DNA of 63,122 nucleotides, taken from positions 1 to 63,122 of IMG/VR virus record IMGVR_UViG_3300033067_000944. One strand, 5' to 3'. Within the stretch, counting starts at the first letter, position 1. Each line of letters starts with the position of its first letter. Below are positions 1-9,554 of this stretch, piece by piece. The translations under genes and the position numbers were made by a program. The DNA comes from a virus (lineage: Duplodnaviria; Caudoviricetes). The notes under the pieces were generated by a model that ran no database searches, was not told the origin of the DNA, and saw nothing but the letters and a program-made list of their open reading frames with translations.

Positions 1-438
1 ACATTTGTTGGCAAGGTCGAACACGTTGGAGATGGTGATTCTTTCTGGATCAACACCGGAACAGTCACGCACAAGGTCCGCCTGTACGCGGTAGACGCAC
101 CGGAACTTAACCACGCACTATTCGGCAAGAAGTGGCCGGAACAGCCCTACGCGAAGGAATCGCGCGACGTGCTTAAGTCTCTGGTCATCGGCAACACCGT
201 GACGTGTACCGTCGTGAACAAGAGCTATGACCGGTACGTGTGCAAGGTGTTCGTTGGCAATAAGGACGTGTGCCTCGAAATGGTCAAGGCCGGGGCTGCA
301 TGGGTGGAACCTCGATACAACCACTCGCAAGCGTACAAGGATGCCCAGGACGCGGCCCAGTCGGCGAAGCTAGGTCTGTATGCAGACCACTTTAAGCCGG
401 CGATTGATCCGCGATTCTGGCGAGCGGGGAATCGATGA
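1..438 (+). CDS. Thermonuclease (SNase-like); 5' part probably at 63018-63122
   Basis: Frame 1 is open from base 1: VEHVGDGDSF...VRLYAVDAPE...YDRYVCKV...MVKAGAAW...AKLGLY. Confidence 0.9.
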   Translation, partial: TFVGKVEHVGDGDSFWINTGTVTHKVRLYAVDAPELNHALFGKKWPEQPYAKESRDVLKSLVIGNTVTCTVVNKSYDRYVCKVFVGNKDVCLEMVKAGAAWVEPRYNHSQAYKDAQDAAQSAKLGLYADHFKPAIDPRFWRAGNR

Positions 439-620
439 GTTGCTTCGGAAACTACCCAATTCTAAGCACAACCCGGAATAAATCGACAGGTGCGGTGTTG
501 GCCGCTTACGTGGGATTGCGTGGCGGCGTTGCGGTTCGCACCGAGGAGCTAGTAGACGGGAAAGCATTCGCGGACTTCGACAAGGAAGGCAAGCTAATCG
601 GCATCGAGATTTTATTGTGA
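435..620 (+). CDS. DUF2283-like small protein
   Basis: C-terminal DFDKEGKLIGIEIL motif; ATGA overlap with the nuclease. Confidence 0.7.
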   Translation: MSCFGNYPILSTTRNKSTGAVLAAYVGLRGGVAVRTEELVDGKAFADFDKEGKLIGIEILL

Positions 621-736
621 CGTGTGCCAAAAACCATCCACCTACAACTATCTGGCGACGTTCGACGTTCTGCGGCGCAATAACCCGGAACTATTCCGAG
701 CACTACTGGCGATAGCGATAGCGGAAAACCAACAGC

Positions 737-1273
737 ATGAGCGAACCCGCAGAACCAAAGACGTGGGACTGGAAACGAATCACCGCACGGAAAACGGCGG
801 AACAAACTTACTTCGAGGACGCAAGCGGTATGGCGATTGACACGATGGAAAGCGAGATGATTGAAAGCTGCTGCGACGGCGGGCGAGTAACCGGTCGATG
901 CACGAAAGCGTTGATTCCCGGCGTTGGAACAATGCAACCACTGTCGATTGCAAAGTCGATTCCCGTCGAGCAACCGCCTCCGACGCCGGACAACCACGGC
1001 CCGAAGAAGCCTGTAAGAAAACCTAGGCAGTATTCCTTAAGCGTCGAATGCCCGCACGCGGCATTGGCATTCGCGGCAACGATGCAAGAAGGCGCAGAGA
1101 CGCACGAAGAGGACGCCTGGCTGGCCGAGAGCGTCAAGTTCCACATCACGCACGCCGAGCAGCATCTAGCGAAGTACATGCTTGGCGACACTAGCGAGGA
1201 ACACTTGAGCCACGCCATGACGCGGCTGATTCTTGCGAGGCAACAGGCCGGACTGCGGGGAATGCGCACGTGA
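737..1273 (+). CDS. DUF5664-like dATP/dGTP diphosphohydrolase domain protein
   Basis: MQEGAETH...W...HAEQHLAKYMLGDTSEEHLSHA pattern. Confidence 0.65.
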   Translation: MSEPAEPKTWDWKRITARKTAEQTYFEDASGMAIDTMESEMIESCCDGGRVTGRCTKALIPGVGTMQPLSIAKSIPVEQPPPTPDNHGPKKPVRKPRQYSLSVECPHAALAFAATMQEGAETHEEDAWLAESVKFHITHAEQHLAKYMLGDTSEEHLSHAMTRLILARQQAGLRGMRT

Positions 1274-2034
1274 AACCGTACTACCAGACAGATCGAGTGA
1301 CGCTATACCACGGCGATTGCCTGGAAGTGCTGCCGACGCTGGCTGGTGGTTCGGTTGACTTGATTGCAACTGATTTACCGTATGGTGTGACGCAATGTAA
1401 ATGGGATTCTATTATCCCGCTAGAAAAACTATGGGAATTGTGCGGGGTGATTTTAAAGCGGGCTGCGGCATTTATCACCACATGCCAACAGCCGTTCACC
1501 ACGACCCTGATTGCGTCAAATCAACGATGGTTTCGCTACTGCCTTGTGTGGGACAAGCAGATAACGACAGGATTCCTAGACGCCAATCGCAGGCCCTTAA
1601 GGCGACACGAGGATATCGCAGTCTTTTGCAAGGAAAGAACGACATACAACCCACAAAAGGCGAGCGGCAATCCCTACGTTAAGCCCCGTAGAGCACTAAC
1701 TGAATCGTATGGCAATTACCAGACTTTGCCGGTCCTCAACGAAACCGGCGACAGATTTCCAACAACGATCGTGAACATCACAAACGCTAATCGCAATAAG
1801 AACGGGCACCCTACGCAAAAGCCTGTTGAATTGATGGCTTACCTTATTGCCACGTACAGCAACCCATATGCATTGGTGCTTGACCCATGCTGCGGAAGCG
1901 GAACAACCGGAGTCGCGTGCTCGCAACTCGGTCGGAAGTTTATCGGCATCGAGAAGGAAGAACGCTATTGCGAGACTGCCTCCAAGCGCCTAGCGGAAGC
2001 CGAGAAGAAGGAGCCGCTGTGGGCGACAGCATAA
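1270..2034 (+). CDS. N4/N6 DNA methyltransferase (beta class)
   Basis: GDCLEVL, DLPY, HPTQKPVEL, LDPCCGSGTT, FIGIE. Confidence 0.92.
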   Translation: MKPYYQTDRVTLYHGDCLEVLPTLAGGSVDLIATDLPYGVTQCKWDSIIPLEKLWELCGVILKRAAAFITTCQQPFTTTLIASNQRWFRYCLVWDKQITTGFLDANRRPLRRHEDIAVFCKERTTYNPQKASGNPYVKPRRALTESYGNYQTLPVLNETGDRFPTTIVNITNANRNKNGHPTQKPVELMAYLIATYSNPYALVLDPCCGSGTTGVACSQLGRKFIGIEKEERYCETASKRLAEAEKKEPLWATA

Positions 2035-2162
2035 GCAAGGTTTTATTTATCGCCTACCTGATACTAGCTGGCGTGTACTGCATCGAGGCGAACTACCCGA
2101 AAACACTCTATTTCATGTCCGCTGCCGGAATTATGGCAAGCGTACTGTGGATGAAAACTTGA
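2019..2162 (+). CDS. Small membrane protein
   Basis: GTG start after AAGGAG; two hydrophobic segments. Confidence 0.5.
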   Translation: MGDSISKVLFIAYLILAGVYCIEANYPKTLYFMSAAGIMASVLWMKT

Positions 2163-2422
2163 AGCATCTCCCGTGCGAAAAGTCCGACCTGGAATGGATC
2201 GTCTGGAAGGACGCCGTGGGCGATTCGACACGCACGCAACGGGACGCCATCGCGGGAATCACGCTGGCTGAAAATATCAATATCGGATGGGTGATTCGAG
2301 AGGATGACGAATTGCTAGTTCTGGCTCAAGGACAAAGCAGCACGGGCGAAGTGGATCATTTAACGATTCCGGTCAACTGCATCACGCAGCGGATTCAACC
2401 GTTCAAATCCCGAGGGCGATAG
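2147..2422 (+). CDS. Hypothetical phage protein
   Basis: Operonic ORF with WKDA...GW...TIP pattern seen in small phage proteins. Confidence 0.6.
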   Translation: MDENLKHLPCEKSDLEWIVWKDAVGDSTRTQRDAIAGITLAENINIGWVIREDDELLVLAQGQSSTGEVDHLTIPVNCITQRIQPFKSRGR

Positions 2423-2423
2423 C

Positions 2424-2666
2424 GTGGCGAAAGCAAGCGGAGTATCCGAGTTTATCGACGGCTGTATCAGCAAGCCGAAAACGAAGTGGGACACACTCAC
2501 GGAAGAGCAACGCAAGTTCTGCCGAGACGTTCACGCGGAATTGAAGAGAACCGGAATTCACTTGTCTGAAACCGCACTATCGAACAACTTCTCGAAGAAG
2601 TTCGGCGTGCGATTCAGTTGTTCAGCCGTCGCAACCATTTGGGCCATGCTCGATGGCGAAAAGTAA
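2424..2666 (+). CDS. Hypothetical protein
   Basis: Operonic ORF overlapping the next gene. Confidence 0.55.
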   Translation: MAKASGVSEFIDGCISKPKTKWDTLTEEQRKFCRDVHAELKRTGIHLSETALSNNFSKKFGVRFSCSAVATIWAMLDGEK

Positions 2667-3711
2667 AGCCAGCGAATTTATCGAGAACGCCGAGCGCGAA
2701 GAACAAGCACGCAAAGAGCTTGAACGCGACCGACGTGAGACGCAACGGAAAATCGAAACGGGCGACCTGCAAAAGAAGTACAAGCTAGCACTCCAAGAAA
2801 TCGAGACACTATCGCACCGCTGCGATTTTCTGGCGGCCCTGCAAACCGACCGCGATAAAAAGCTCTTTGACAACTTGACGAAAGGCAAGGGAGGCGGATC
2901 GACCGCGATTCTCGCATTGTCCGATTGGCATAGCGGGGAACTAGTCGATCCGGCAGTCGTCAACGACATCAACGAATTCGATATCGAGATTGCCCAGCGA
3001 CGAATCACGCGTGCATTCCAAAAAGGTCTGCAACTACTGCAACGCCTGCAATCGTTCGCTGACATCCACGATCTAGTCGTTTGGCTGGGCGGCGACTTGA
3101 TGACCGGCTACATCCACGACGACCTGATTCAATCCAACACAATGTCACCGGTCGAGGAATCGCTATTCGTGCAAGAGATGGTTTGCACGGGACTCGACAC
3201 CATCCTGGAAGAGAAACAAATCAAAACGATTCGAGTGGTAACGAATCATGGAAACCACGGTCGAACAACTCCCGAACGGCTTGTCAGTACGAGTTATAAG
3301 AATTCCTACGAATGGGGCATCTATCACTCGGTCGCGCGGCAGTACCGAGGTAACAATCGCATCGCATTCAAGATTGAAAACGGGATTCATAACTGGCTAC
3401 AGATTCAAGGTCGAGACGTTCGATTCCACCACGGCGATAACATCCGATACGCCGGTGGAGTTGGCGGAATCACGATACCGGTCGAGAAGAAAATTGCATC
3501 TTGGAACAAAGCGAAGAGAGCGGACTTAGACGTATTTGGTCACTACCACCAATTCGTGGACCACTACCGCTGGGTCTGCAACGCGAGCCTGATCGGACAC
3601 ACAGCCTACGCGGTGAGCATCGGAGCGGAACCGCAAACACCAAGTCAAACGCTGATCGTGGTTAGTAAAGAGTACGGCAAGGTGATGGCGATTCCTATTT
3701 TCTGCGAGTGA
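2653..3711 (+). CDS. Calcineurin-like metallophosphoesterase
   Basis: SDWH, GGDL, GNHGR, HHGD and GHYH metal-binding motifs after an N-terminal coiled coil. Confidence 0.88.
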   Translation: MAKSKASEFIENAEREEQARKELERDRRETQRKIETGDLQKKYKLALQEIETLSHRCDFLAALQTDRDKKLFDNLTKGKGGGSTAILALSDWHSGELVDPAVVNDINEFDIEIAQRRITRAFQKGLQLLQRLQSFADIHDLVVWLGGDLMTGYIHDDLIQSNTMSPVEESLFVQEMVCTGLDTILEEKQIKTIRVVTNHGNHGRTTPERLVSTSYKNSYEWGIYHSVARQYRGNNRIAFKIENGIHNWLQIQGRDVRFHHGDNIRYAGGVGGITIPVEKKIASWNKAKRADLDVFGHYHQFVDHYRWVCNASLIGHTAYAVSIGAEPQTPSQTLIVVSKEYGKVMAIPIFCE

Positions 3712-3715
3712 TGAG

Positions 3716-4021
3716 ATGGCGAGACGCGACAAGTGCTATCGGCGAGTCAAGTGGCACATTAACGAACTTGCTGGAAATTTCGAGTGGAGCGCGCACTGGG
3801 GTGCGAATAGTTGGTTTTGGAGCGACACAATGTCCATAGGCAAGAATGGTACAGCGCAATCACTAAAGTGCGCACGTCGATTAGTGCGCGATGCAATTAT
3901 TAAGATTCGCAAGCAGATACCCGAACCATACAACCCAAGGCGCGTAGCTGGCAGCCAGGAAATCAAGGACATCAGGCATCGTATTGAGTGGAAAAAAGAA
4001 TGTGAATCAATGGGGATGTAA
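3716..4021 (+). CDS. Hypothetical protein
   Basis: Operonic ORF. Confidence 0.5.
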   Translation: MARRDKCYRRVKWHINELAGNFEWSAHWGANSWFWSDTMSIGKNGTAQSLKCARRLVRDAIIKIRKQIPEPYNPRRVAGSQEIKDIRHRIEWKKECESMGM

Positions 4022-4236
4022 TGGCAGGTAACTACGTTCGAGACGAGACGCCGCGATGGGAGCCGACTCCCGAAGAGATTCGCATTGCTTGCGACGAGAT
4101 CAAAGCGGCGCATCTGGAAAAGAAACGAACCAAGTGGCGTCCAGGTACGGAGTACACCGGCGCCGGCCTGTGTAGCACACGGCAGCCAGTGAACACAACT
4201 AAAAACTGGAATCGTCGCCCCTATTCAACCCCTTAA
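4021..4236 (+). CDS. Hypothetical protein
   Basis: TAATG coupling; WEPTPEEI motif. Confidence 0.55.
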   Translation: MAGNYVRDETPRWEPTPEEIRIACDEIKAAHLEKKRTKWRPGTEYTGAGLCSTRQPVNTTKNWNRRPYSTP

Positions 4237-4246
4237 GGAATCGCAA

Positions 4247-4411
4247 ATGGATTGTGGACTGCGAAACGAATTGGATGCGTCAATCTGCAACGAGCTAGAC
4301 CGCATGATCGTGCGTGTCAACGAAGGCGAATGGCTGGACAGCGAAGCCGCCGACCGGATAGCGCGTGCGATGCGTGCCGCCAAGGACCGTCTGCATCAAC
4401 TTGTGTCGTGA
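4247..4411 (+). CDS. Small hypothetical protein (54 aa, not in ORF track)
   Basis: AAGGA RBS, ATG 4247, TGA 4409-4411; fills the gap. Confidence 0.5.
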   Translation: MDCGLRNELDASICNELDRMIVRVNEGEWLDSEAADRIARAMRAAKDRLHQLVS

Positions 4412-4425
4412 GAGTAGGATGCACC

Positions 4426-4902
4426 TTGAAGCGACACGAACGGTTGAACCAGCTAGTCGAGCAGCACTTGCATCTCGTTGCGCTAGTGTGCCGAGAGAAC
4501 AAATCTTCTGTCAGGCGGATTGGAATTGATGAGGCAAAGGCGATTGGTCAGCTTGCTCTTGTGTCTGCTAGCAGAAAGTGGCAACGCAACGGCGAGTTTG
4601 CAGCTTATGCCAAGGTGTGCATGGTCAATGCCATACGCCAGTCTGGACGATCAGAACCGTCGCATGTTTCATTGAACGGGCATGACCCCGAAGATCAGCG
4701 AGAGTGGTTTTCTGACGGCCCGGAAGTCGCCAGCATCTTAACCGACGACGAGAAGAAGTTTATGCAGCACATAGAAGATTCTCGCATGGGTCCGAGCGAG
4801 GTTCATAAAGCGTTAGCAAAACGCCGCAGGCAAAGCACAAAGCTCGTTGTCGAGAGGCACAAGCGTATTCTGCTGCGTATCGCGGAGGTATCGAATGAGT
4901 GA
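4426..4902 (+). CDS. Sigma-70 region-2-like protein
   Basis: LVEQHLHLVALV...GQLALVSASRKW...FAAYAKVCMVNAI; degenerate C-terminal helix region; TTG start inferred. Confidence 0.65.
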   Translation: MKRHERLNQLVEQHLHLVALVCRENKSSVRRIGIDEAKAIGQLALVSASRKWQRNGEFAAYAKVCMVNAIRQSGRSEPSHVSLNGHDPEDQREWFSDGPEVASILTDDEKKFMQHIEDSRMGPSEVHKALAKRRRQSTKLVVERHKRILLRIAEVSNE

Positions 4903-5161
4903 ATACACGCCGCCCAGTCCCGAGACGCATGTTTTCGTTGGTATGTTTCGTCCTCCGTTCTCAGAAGCCTGCGCAATCGAACACAGCACGCCACGTAACG
5001 GAGGAAGCGTTCGCTACGGCGATGCTCTCAACTACCATTGCCTAGCTGCGATTGGCGGCGACAAACATCGTGAGTTGTGGTTGCTTGGCCGATACGATAC
5101 GCCGGTTTACAAAACAATCGAGGAAGTTGTTGCGATGAAGGAAGGTAGACCCAATGAGTGA
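4895..5161 (+). CDS. Hypothetical protein
   Basis: GGAGG RBS, overlapping start. Confidence 0.55.
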   Translation: MSEYTPPSPETHVFVGMFRPPFSEACAIEHSTPRNGGSVRYGDALNYHCLAAIGGDKHRELWLLGRYDTPVYKTIEEVVAMKEGRPNE

Positions 5162-5357
5162 CGACGAACCCTACTCAATCCACCGCCAAGCCGGCATGGA
5201 CGAGGCCGATGCTGTCACAGCGTTGATGAAGATGGACCGTGAGAACCGGGTAGCGGCCATCAGGCGTCTGTACGAAGAGGCAGGCAACGCCGAATTTCAA
5301 GAAGCACTTTTTAGGAAGAAATACCACGCCAAAGGAGAACCGCGCCATGTGGATTGA
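5154..5357 (+). CDS. Hypothetical protein
   Basis: Coupled ORF with RBS. Confidence 0.5.
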   Translation: MSDDEPYSIHRQAGMDEADAVTALMKMDRENRVAAIRRLYEEAGNAEFQEALFRKKYHAKGEPRHVD

Positions 5358-5577
5358 AACGAAACTGGGAACGTCCGTGAATCTGGCAATGACGCACAGG
5401 ATTACCACCCGTGCAAAAGCTGCCTTGACGGATGGCGACCTGATCGACACACCGTTTGCTGTTGTGGCAGACAACACGATCATCGCCGGCGTAGCGAGCA
5501 AGGCTGCCGGCGACTCGCTGATTCGGGAAATCCTCGACCATTCGATCAGCAACGCTCACGGGGTGATGAAGCTATGA
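5347..5577 (+). CDS. Hypothetical protein
   Basis: AAGGAG RBS, coupled ORF. Confidence 0.55.
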   Translation: MWIETKLGTSVNLAMTHRITTRAKAALTDGDLIDTPFAVVADNTIIAGVASKAAGDSLIREILDHSISNAHGVMKL

Positions 5578-5804
5578 GCGAAACAACGCGACCGCACCAG
5601 CCGAGGGTTTGCGGGGAGTGCAAACACTGGAAGCGATGGATCGACGAATATCAGGATGCGGCCGTGGATAAGGGGATATGTTACCACCCATTTCCATTAA
5701 TGGTCGGATCGTTCTCGGAACTGTCGATGGAAAGTAGTTCTACCGTCTCCACCTACGCCACGTTCGGATGCAACCAGTGGGAGTCGAACAATGCCAGCGA
5801 GTAG
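5574..5804 (+). CDS. Small Cys-rich (Zn/Fe-binding) protein
   Basis: CxxCxxW...GxC...C pattern. Confidence 0.55.
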   Translation: MSETTRPHQPRVCGECKHWKRWIDEYQDAAVDKGICYHPFPLMVGSFSELSMESSSTVSTYATFGCNQWESNNASE

Positions 5805-6018
5805 ATCGAACACCTGCTTGCATTGTCGCTGGTGGGAGCACGCTGCGTACTTAGATCGTTCTGCATCGGGAGGCAAAGTTGGCTACTGTCACTTTCACGC
5901 ACCCGTTCGGAATGGATCGTATGATGGTGGCGCTTTTCCACCAACGCAGGGAATCGACTGGTGTAGTGAATTCACGGACGGGAGGTCTTATGCCGCCGCT
6001 GACGACGAAGCAGTTTAA
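5791..6018 (+). CDS. Small Cys-rich protein, similar to the upstream gene
   Basis: CxxCxWW...GYC...FPPT...DWCSEF. Confidence 0.6.
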   Translation: MPASRSNTCLHCRWWEHAAYLDRSASGGKVGYCHFHAPVRNGSYDGGAFPPTQGIDWCSEFTDGRSYAAADDEAV

Positions 6019-6139
6019 CGAACTGGTCGGTTCACTGGGCAAGGACGCCAAGAAGCGTGGCGGACGACCAGCGAACCAGCACGAGCCGCAGACGGAAGCT
6101 AAGGCTAAGGCACGGAACAAGAAGCGGAGGCGGAAGTGA
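5990..6139 (+). CDS. Small basic protein
   Basis: GGAGG RBS, K/R-rich. Confidence 0.45.
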   Translation: MPPLTTKQFNELVGSLGKDAKKRGGRPANQHEPQTEAKAKARNKKRRRK

Positions 6140-6393
6140 TGGGCGATTTTCTAATTGTGGAATATGAAAAGCTGAAAGCGAAACCGGCTAAGAATCCGGG
6201 ATTGTTCCAGCACGAAGATGATCGTCGGCATGTCCGTGACGCTCTGCAAGGCATCGTGCATAAGGCTTACGGTTTTCGTCTTGGTAGCAGTACCAGCGAC
6301 AGTCCGCGATGGGCAGAGGATCACGTCTTGCATCTCTGCACTGGATTAGCGGAAGTGTTGGTAGGTCCAACGTCATTCGAGCAGCGAACATGA
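6136..6393 (+). CDS. Hypothetical protein
   Basis: Coupled ORF. Confidence 0.5.
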   Translation: MMGDFLIVEYEKLKAKPAKNPGLFQHEDDRRHVRDALQGIVHKAYGFRLGSSTSDSPRWAEDHVLHLCTGLAEVLVGPTSFEQRT

Positions 6394-6474
6394 TCCAGCT
6401 AACCGTCTCACTGTGGCTGGTAGCTATGTGCATGGCGTTCTGGATTCTCGTTGACCTGTCGAGTTATCACGACC

Positions 6475-6693
6475 ATGAAGATCGTCGCTAAGCTCTACGG
6501 CGGTCCCCACGACGGCATGGAGCGCCGCATCGAGACGGTCACGCCGTATATCAGCATCCCGACGCCGTACAGCGTTCACGCCTACCGCTATAACCTGAAA
6601 TGCCTGATGACAGACACAGAGAGCCAAACAGAGCGACCACGATACGAGTACGGGGGCAAGTACAACCGGTTCACAGGGATACAGGTAACATGA
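6475..6693 (+). CDS. Hypothetical protein
   Basis: LYGGPHDG motif common in small phage proteins. Confidence 0.55.
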   Translation: MKIVAKLYGGPHDGMERRIETVTPYISIPTPYSVHAYRYNLKCLMTDTESQTERPRYEYGGKYNRFTGIQVT

Positions 6694-6905
6694 AATACGA
6701 GGTCTACGAACTGGTCGAGAACTCCGGGGTGTGGGTAGCCGAAGCGGTAGACCCGGAAGGCGAAGTCCATCGGGCTATCTTTGAGGGGACGGAGAGCAAG
6801 CTGAAAGCGGACGAGTACGCGGAGTGGAAGAACAAGCTCAAGCCGGGAGACTGGATTCAGTACATCAGCACGGGGAAGTTACCAGAAGGAGAGCAATCAT
6901 TGTGA
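6690..6905 (+). CDS. Hypothetical protein
   Basis: ATGA coupling. Confidence 0.55.
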   Translation: MKYEVYELVENSGVWVAEAVDPEGEVHRAIFEGTESKLKADEYAEWKNKLKPGDWIQYISTGKLPEGEQSL

Positions 6906-7450
6906 TGGATAGCGTATGGATCGTAGACGACGGAGACTACTACTCATCCCCCGTGGCTGTGTTCAGTTCTGAGGAACTTGCCAAGGCATACGTAGCCCAG
7001 AACTTGGGAGCCGAAATAACCGAGTGGGTGGTCAATCAGTACGGCAGCGAAGTCCGCACCCGCTTCTGCGCCAAGTGTAACACGGCAACCGGCGAAGTGA
7101 CCATTGGCGAAGCGATCCAAGCCGCTTCGCACCCAGGGGAAGAAGGGTATTCGGTAGCGAACAGCAAATACTGTGTCGGCTATTCCTACGACTCCCAGGA
7201 GCACGCTAACTTGCTGGCGATACGCAAGCGAGATGCCGTCATGTCCGAACGCGGTAAGGCTCGCAAACTGCGGCAGACCGCGAAACAGGACGAGTACAAG
7301 CGACTCAAGGAAGAGTGCGATATGATTGCCCGAGAAGGCAGGAAGTTTTGGGTAAGGAAAGTCACCGATCACGGCTTTGTTTTTGGCGATCCAAAACTAG
7401 GTTTAGATCAGTCAAAATATCATAGGGAACTTCCACCCACTACGCTATAA
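6905..7450 (+). CDS. Hypothetical protein
   Basis: TGATG coupling; VAVFSSEELAKAY motif. Confidence 0.6.
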   Translation: MDSVWIVDDGDYYSSPVAVFSSEELAKAYVAQNLGAEITEWVVNQYGSEVRTRFCAKCNTATGEVTIGEAIQAASHPGEEGYSVANSKYCVGYSYDSQEHANLLAIRKRDAVMSERGKARKLRQTAKQDEYKRLKEECDMIAREGRKFWVRKVTDHGFVFGDPKLGLDQSKYHRELPPTTL

Positions 7451-7693
7451 TCATACCCGAGCGGCGCCAGCGGCCTTATACCCCAGCAGCAGGGGAAAGG
7501 TCGAACCGCTACGACCGACGCGGCAGAGGCGAAAGCACGGCCCGTAAGACTTGCGATGAACCACTCAGCCGATGATCCCCGTGGGTGTAGCGCCGCCCCT
7601 ACCACGGGAGTAGGAAGAGGAAACCAGTCGTCAGCCCACAAAGCCCAAGACTGCTTACCCAGGGGGCGGCAGGCTCACACCGAGATACCAAAC

Positions 7694-7927
7694 ATGCGAC
7701 ACAAACCTCCCGGTGGCATCCTGCTACGAAAAGCCCGTCTGCGTAAGAAAGCCGACTCCGTGCTGATCGCCAAGACACGCCTGTTCGCCAAACGGCACTA
7801 TCCTTCTCTGCTAGCTTACGCCAAGCGGAACCTCCCAGTAACAACCGAAGCCTTACTGCTGGGCAACGACTTCCCCGCCCTATTAAACAGCGTGGCTGAC
7901 ATCCTAGAGCGTTTAACCTCCAAGTAG
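7694..7927 (+). CDS. Hypothetical basic protein
   Basis: ORF; start inferred. Confidence 0.4.
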   Translation: MRHKPPGGILLRKARLRKKADSVLIAKTRLFAKRHYPSLLAYAKRNLPVTTEALLLGNDFPALLNSVADILERLTSK

Positions 7928-7991
7928 CCACTTCTGTGCGCCTGTACCGTATAAACGCTTGTACGAGTCTGTGTGGCGTTCTAGCGAAGGG

Positions 7992-8183
7992 ATGAAAACG
8001 ATGGAAGTCAAAGTAGTCACAGCCTACGACGAAGAAGGCCATTACTGGCGAGCATCAATGAGTATGCTGGTTGGAAATCAGCACCATGCCGCTACGGATC
8101 GTGGCAGGACCGAGGCAGAAGCTCTCAAGTCCCTCGCCATGTCATTGGCCAATTCGCTACGCACCAGACTGGAACTTGCCTAG
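7992..8183 (+). CDS. Hypothetical protein (HicB-N-like pattern)
   Basis: DEEGHYWRA...GRTEAEAL. Confidence 0.45.
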   Translation: MKTMEVKVVTAYDEEGHYWRASMSMLVGNQHHAATDRGRTEAEALKSLAMSLANSLRTRLELA

Positions 8184-9083
8184 GGTCGGAGCCTATCCCC
8201 CTCTACGGTAGGGTGTGTGTAGTTCGAATACCCTTCGCTCCCCCCACCTATCAGCGCGATCCCACCACCTGTCGCCCCACCTGTCAGCGCTGCTGTTAAG
8301 ATAGGTAAGAAGCCGAGTTGAGATTTTGGGAAAAGTCGGGAGTGGGAATGTCAATAGATACGGGCCGGCGAGCGGGGCCTCCGGGGTAGGGGATGGCTGG
8401 CCTGGCGTGTTGTCCCCTAGCTACTGGCGCCGTGGTCGATGTTAGTTGGTCGATGCCGCTTGCTGTAACCCATTGCAGTGTAGGGTGTTAGCTCGCTTGC
8501 TGTAGACGCAACTGGGTGCTAGATGCTGGACAGTAACGACCGTTACTGTACAAGATGTACCTCTACCGGGTGGTAGCAGCGCAACAGAATGTTACACTCT
8601 GTCCGGGTTTGTTACACTTGCCGTGCATATACCCTACTAACCTACTCATCTTACTGTCGTCTCTAGTAGCAGTCTAACGGCATCCTAGCTAGCCACGAAT
8701 AGCAGCCCAGCAGCGGTCGAACTAGCTTCCAGCAACTAGCCGGCAATCCACTGCCGGCGTCCAGGTAGCTTGCCGATCCCTGGCGCCGAAGCCACTGGTA
8801 GCCTGCCCTGGTAGCTCCCTGCCATTGTGCCGGCGTCTAGTTGATCCTGTCCGGATCAGTCCGGATTATGTCCGGATCGGGAGACTGGCGACCGGCGTCT
8901 AGGCTAGCCTGCCTGGAGTCCGACCTAAGGGATCATGCGCGCGCGATAAGAAAATCGACAATTCGAGTTTTTCGATTTCGCCGATCTCTCAATCTAATTG
9001 CCGTCGGCTGTCCACCTGGAATAGAAGATCATCAGGCGGAGAATAGCGTTCGACTAAGTGTCCAGTTCGGGAACTGGAATTCC
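8184..9083. repeat. Repeat-rich non-coding block
   Basis: CCACCTRTC x3 (about 8243-8290), G-rich tract, palindrome CAGTAACGACCGTTACTG (8531-8548), GTCCGGAT x3 (8849, 8859, 8870), many CTAG. Confidence 0.6.
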
Positions 9084-9362
9084 CTAGTGTTCACTAGCGT
9101 TCCCGATCTTCTCCGGCGCCGGCGCTGCCTTGCTTCTCCGGCGCTTCGCCACTAACCGCAGGCCGAGGACGTTGGCCAGCTTTGCAGCATTGCGTAGCGT
9201 CATAGTGGTTCGCTCTCCGCTGATGAATTGGAATATGGCAATCGGCTGGTAGCCACTGGCGTTCGCTAGTCTCTGGACCTTGCCACCGTCCGCCAGATAG
9301 TCGGCAATCGCCTGCCGGATGATCGTTTCCCATTCGTCCGTTGTTCTGGCGCTATTCGGCAT
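9084..9362 (-). CDS. XRE/Cro-type HTH repressor
   Basis: VQRLANASGYQPIAIFQFISGER..MTLRNAAKLANVLGL; divergent from the early array. Confidence 0.75.
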   Translation of the reverse strand: MPNSARTTDEWETIIRQAIADYLADGGKVQRLANASGYQPIAIFQFISGERTTMTLRNAAKLANVLGLRLVAKRRRSKAAPAPEKIGNASEH

Positions 9363-9420
9363 CTATTCGTTCCTTATTTCTTTCTACTTTTTTTCGTGGC
9401 GCAAATCCTTGCCGCGTCTC

Positions 9421-9501
9421 AGTCTATCGTAGGTAATAGACTGCCGATGTCAAGATTCTCAGCAGAATTGTGTTGACGTCTAATATCGGGGCCGATATTC
9501 T
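9421..9501. promoter_or_regulatory. Divergent sigma-70 promoters with palindromic operators
   Basis: Plus strand TTGACG(9473)-17-TATTCT(9496) overlapped by AATATCGG-GG-CCGATATT; minus strand TTGACA-16-TACGAT overlapped by AGTCTAT-N8-ATAGACT. Confidence 0.75.
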
Positions 9502-9554
9502 TCCCTTAGTCAGTCGCTTGAGAACTGACAGGCACAAACGCGGAGAGTAAGACA

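Noticed and set aside
737-1273. Modified-base (Z-genome) pathway
   Set aside because: No PurZ, DatZ or phage DNA polymerase was recognised
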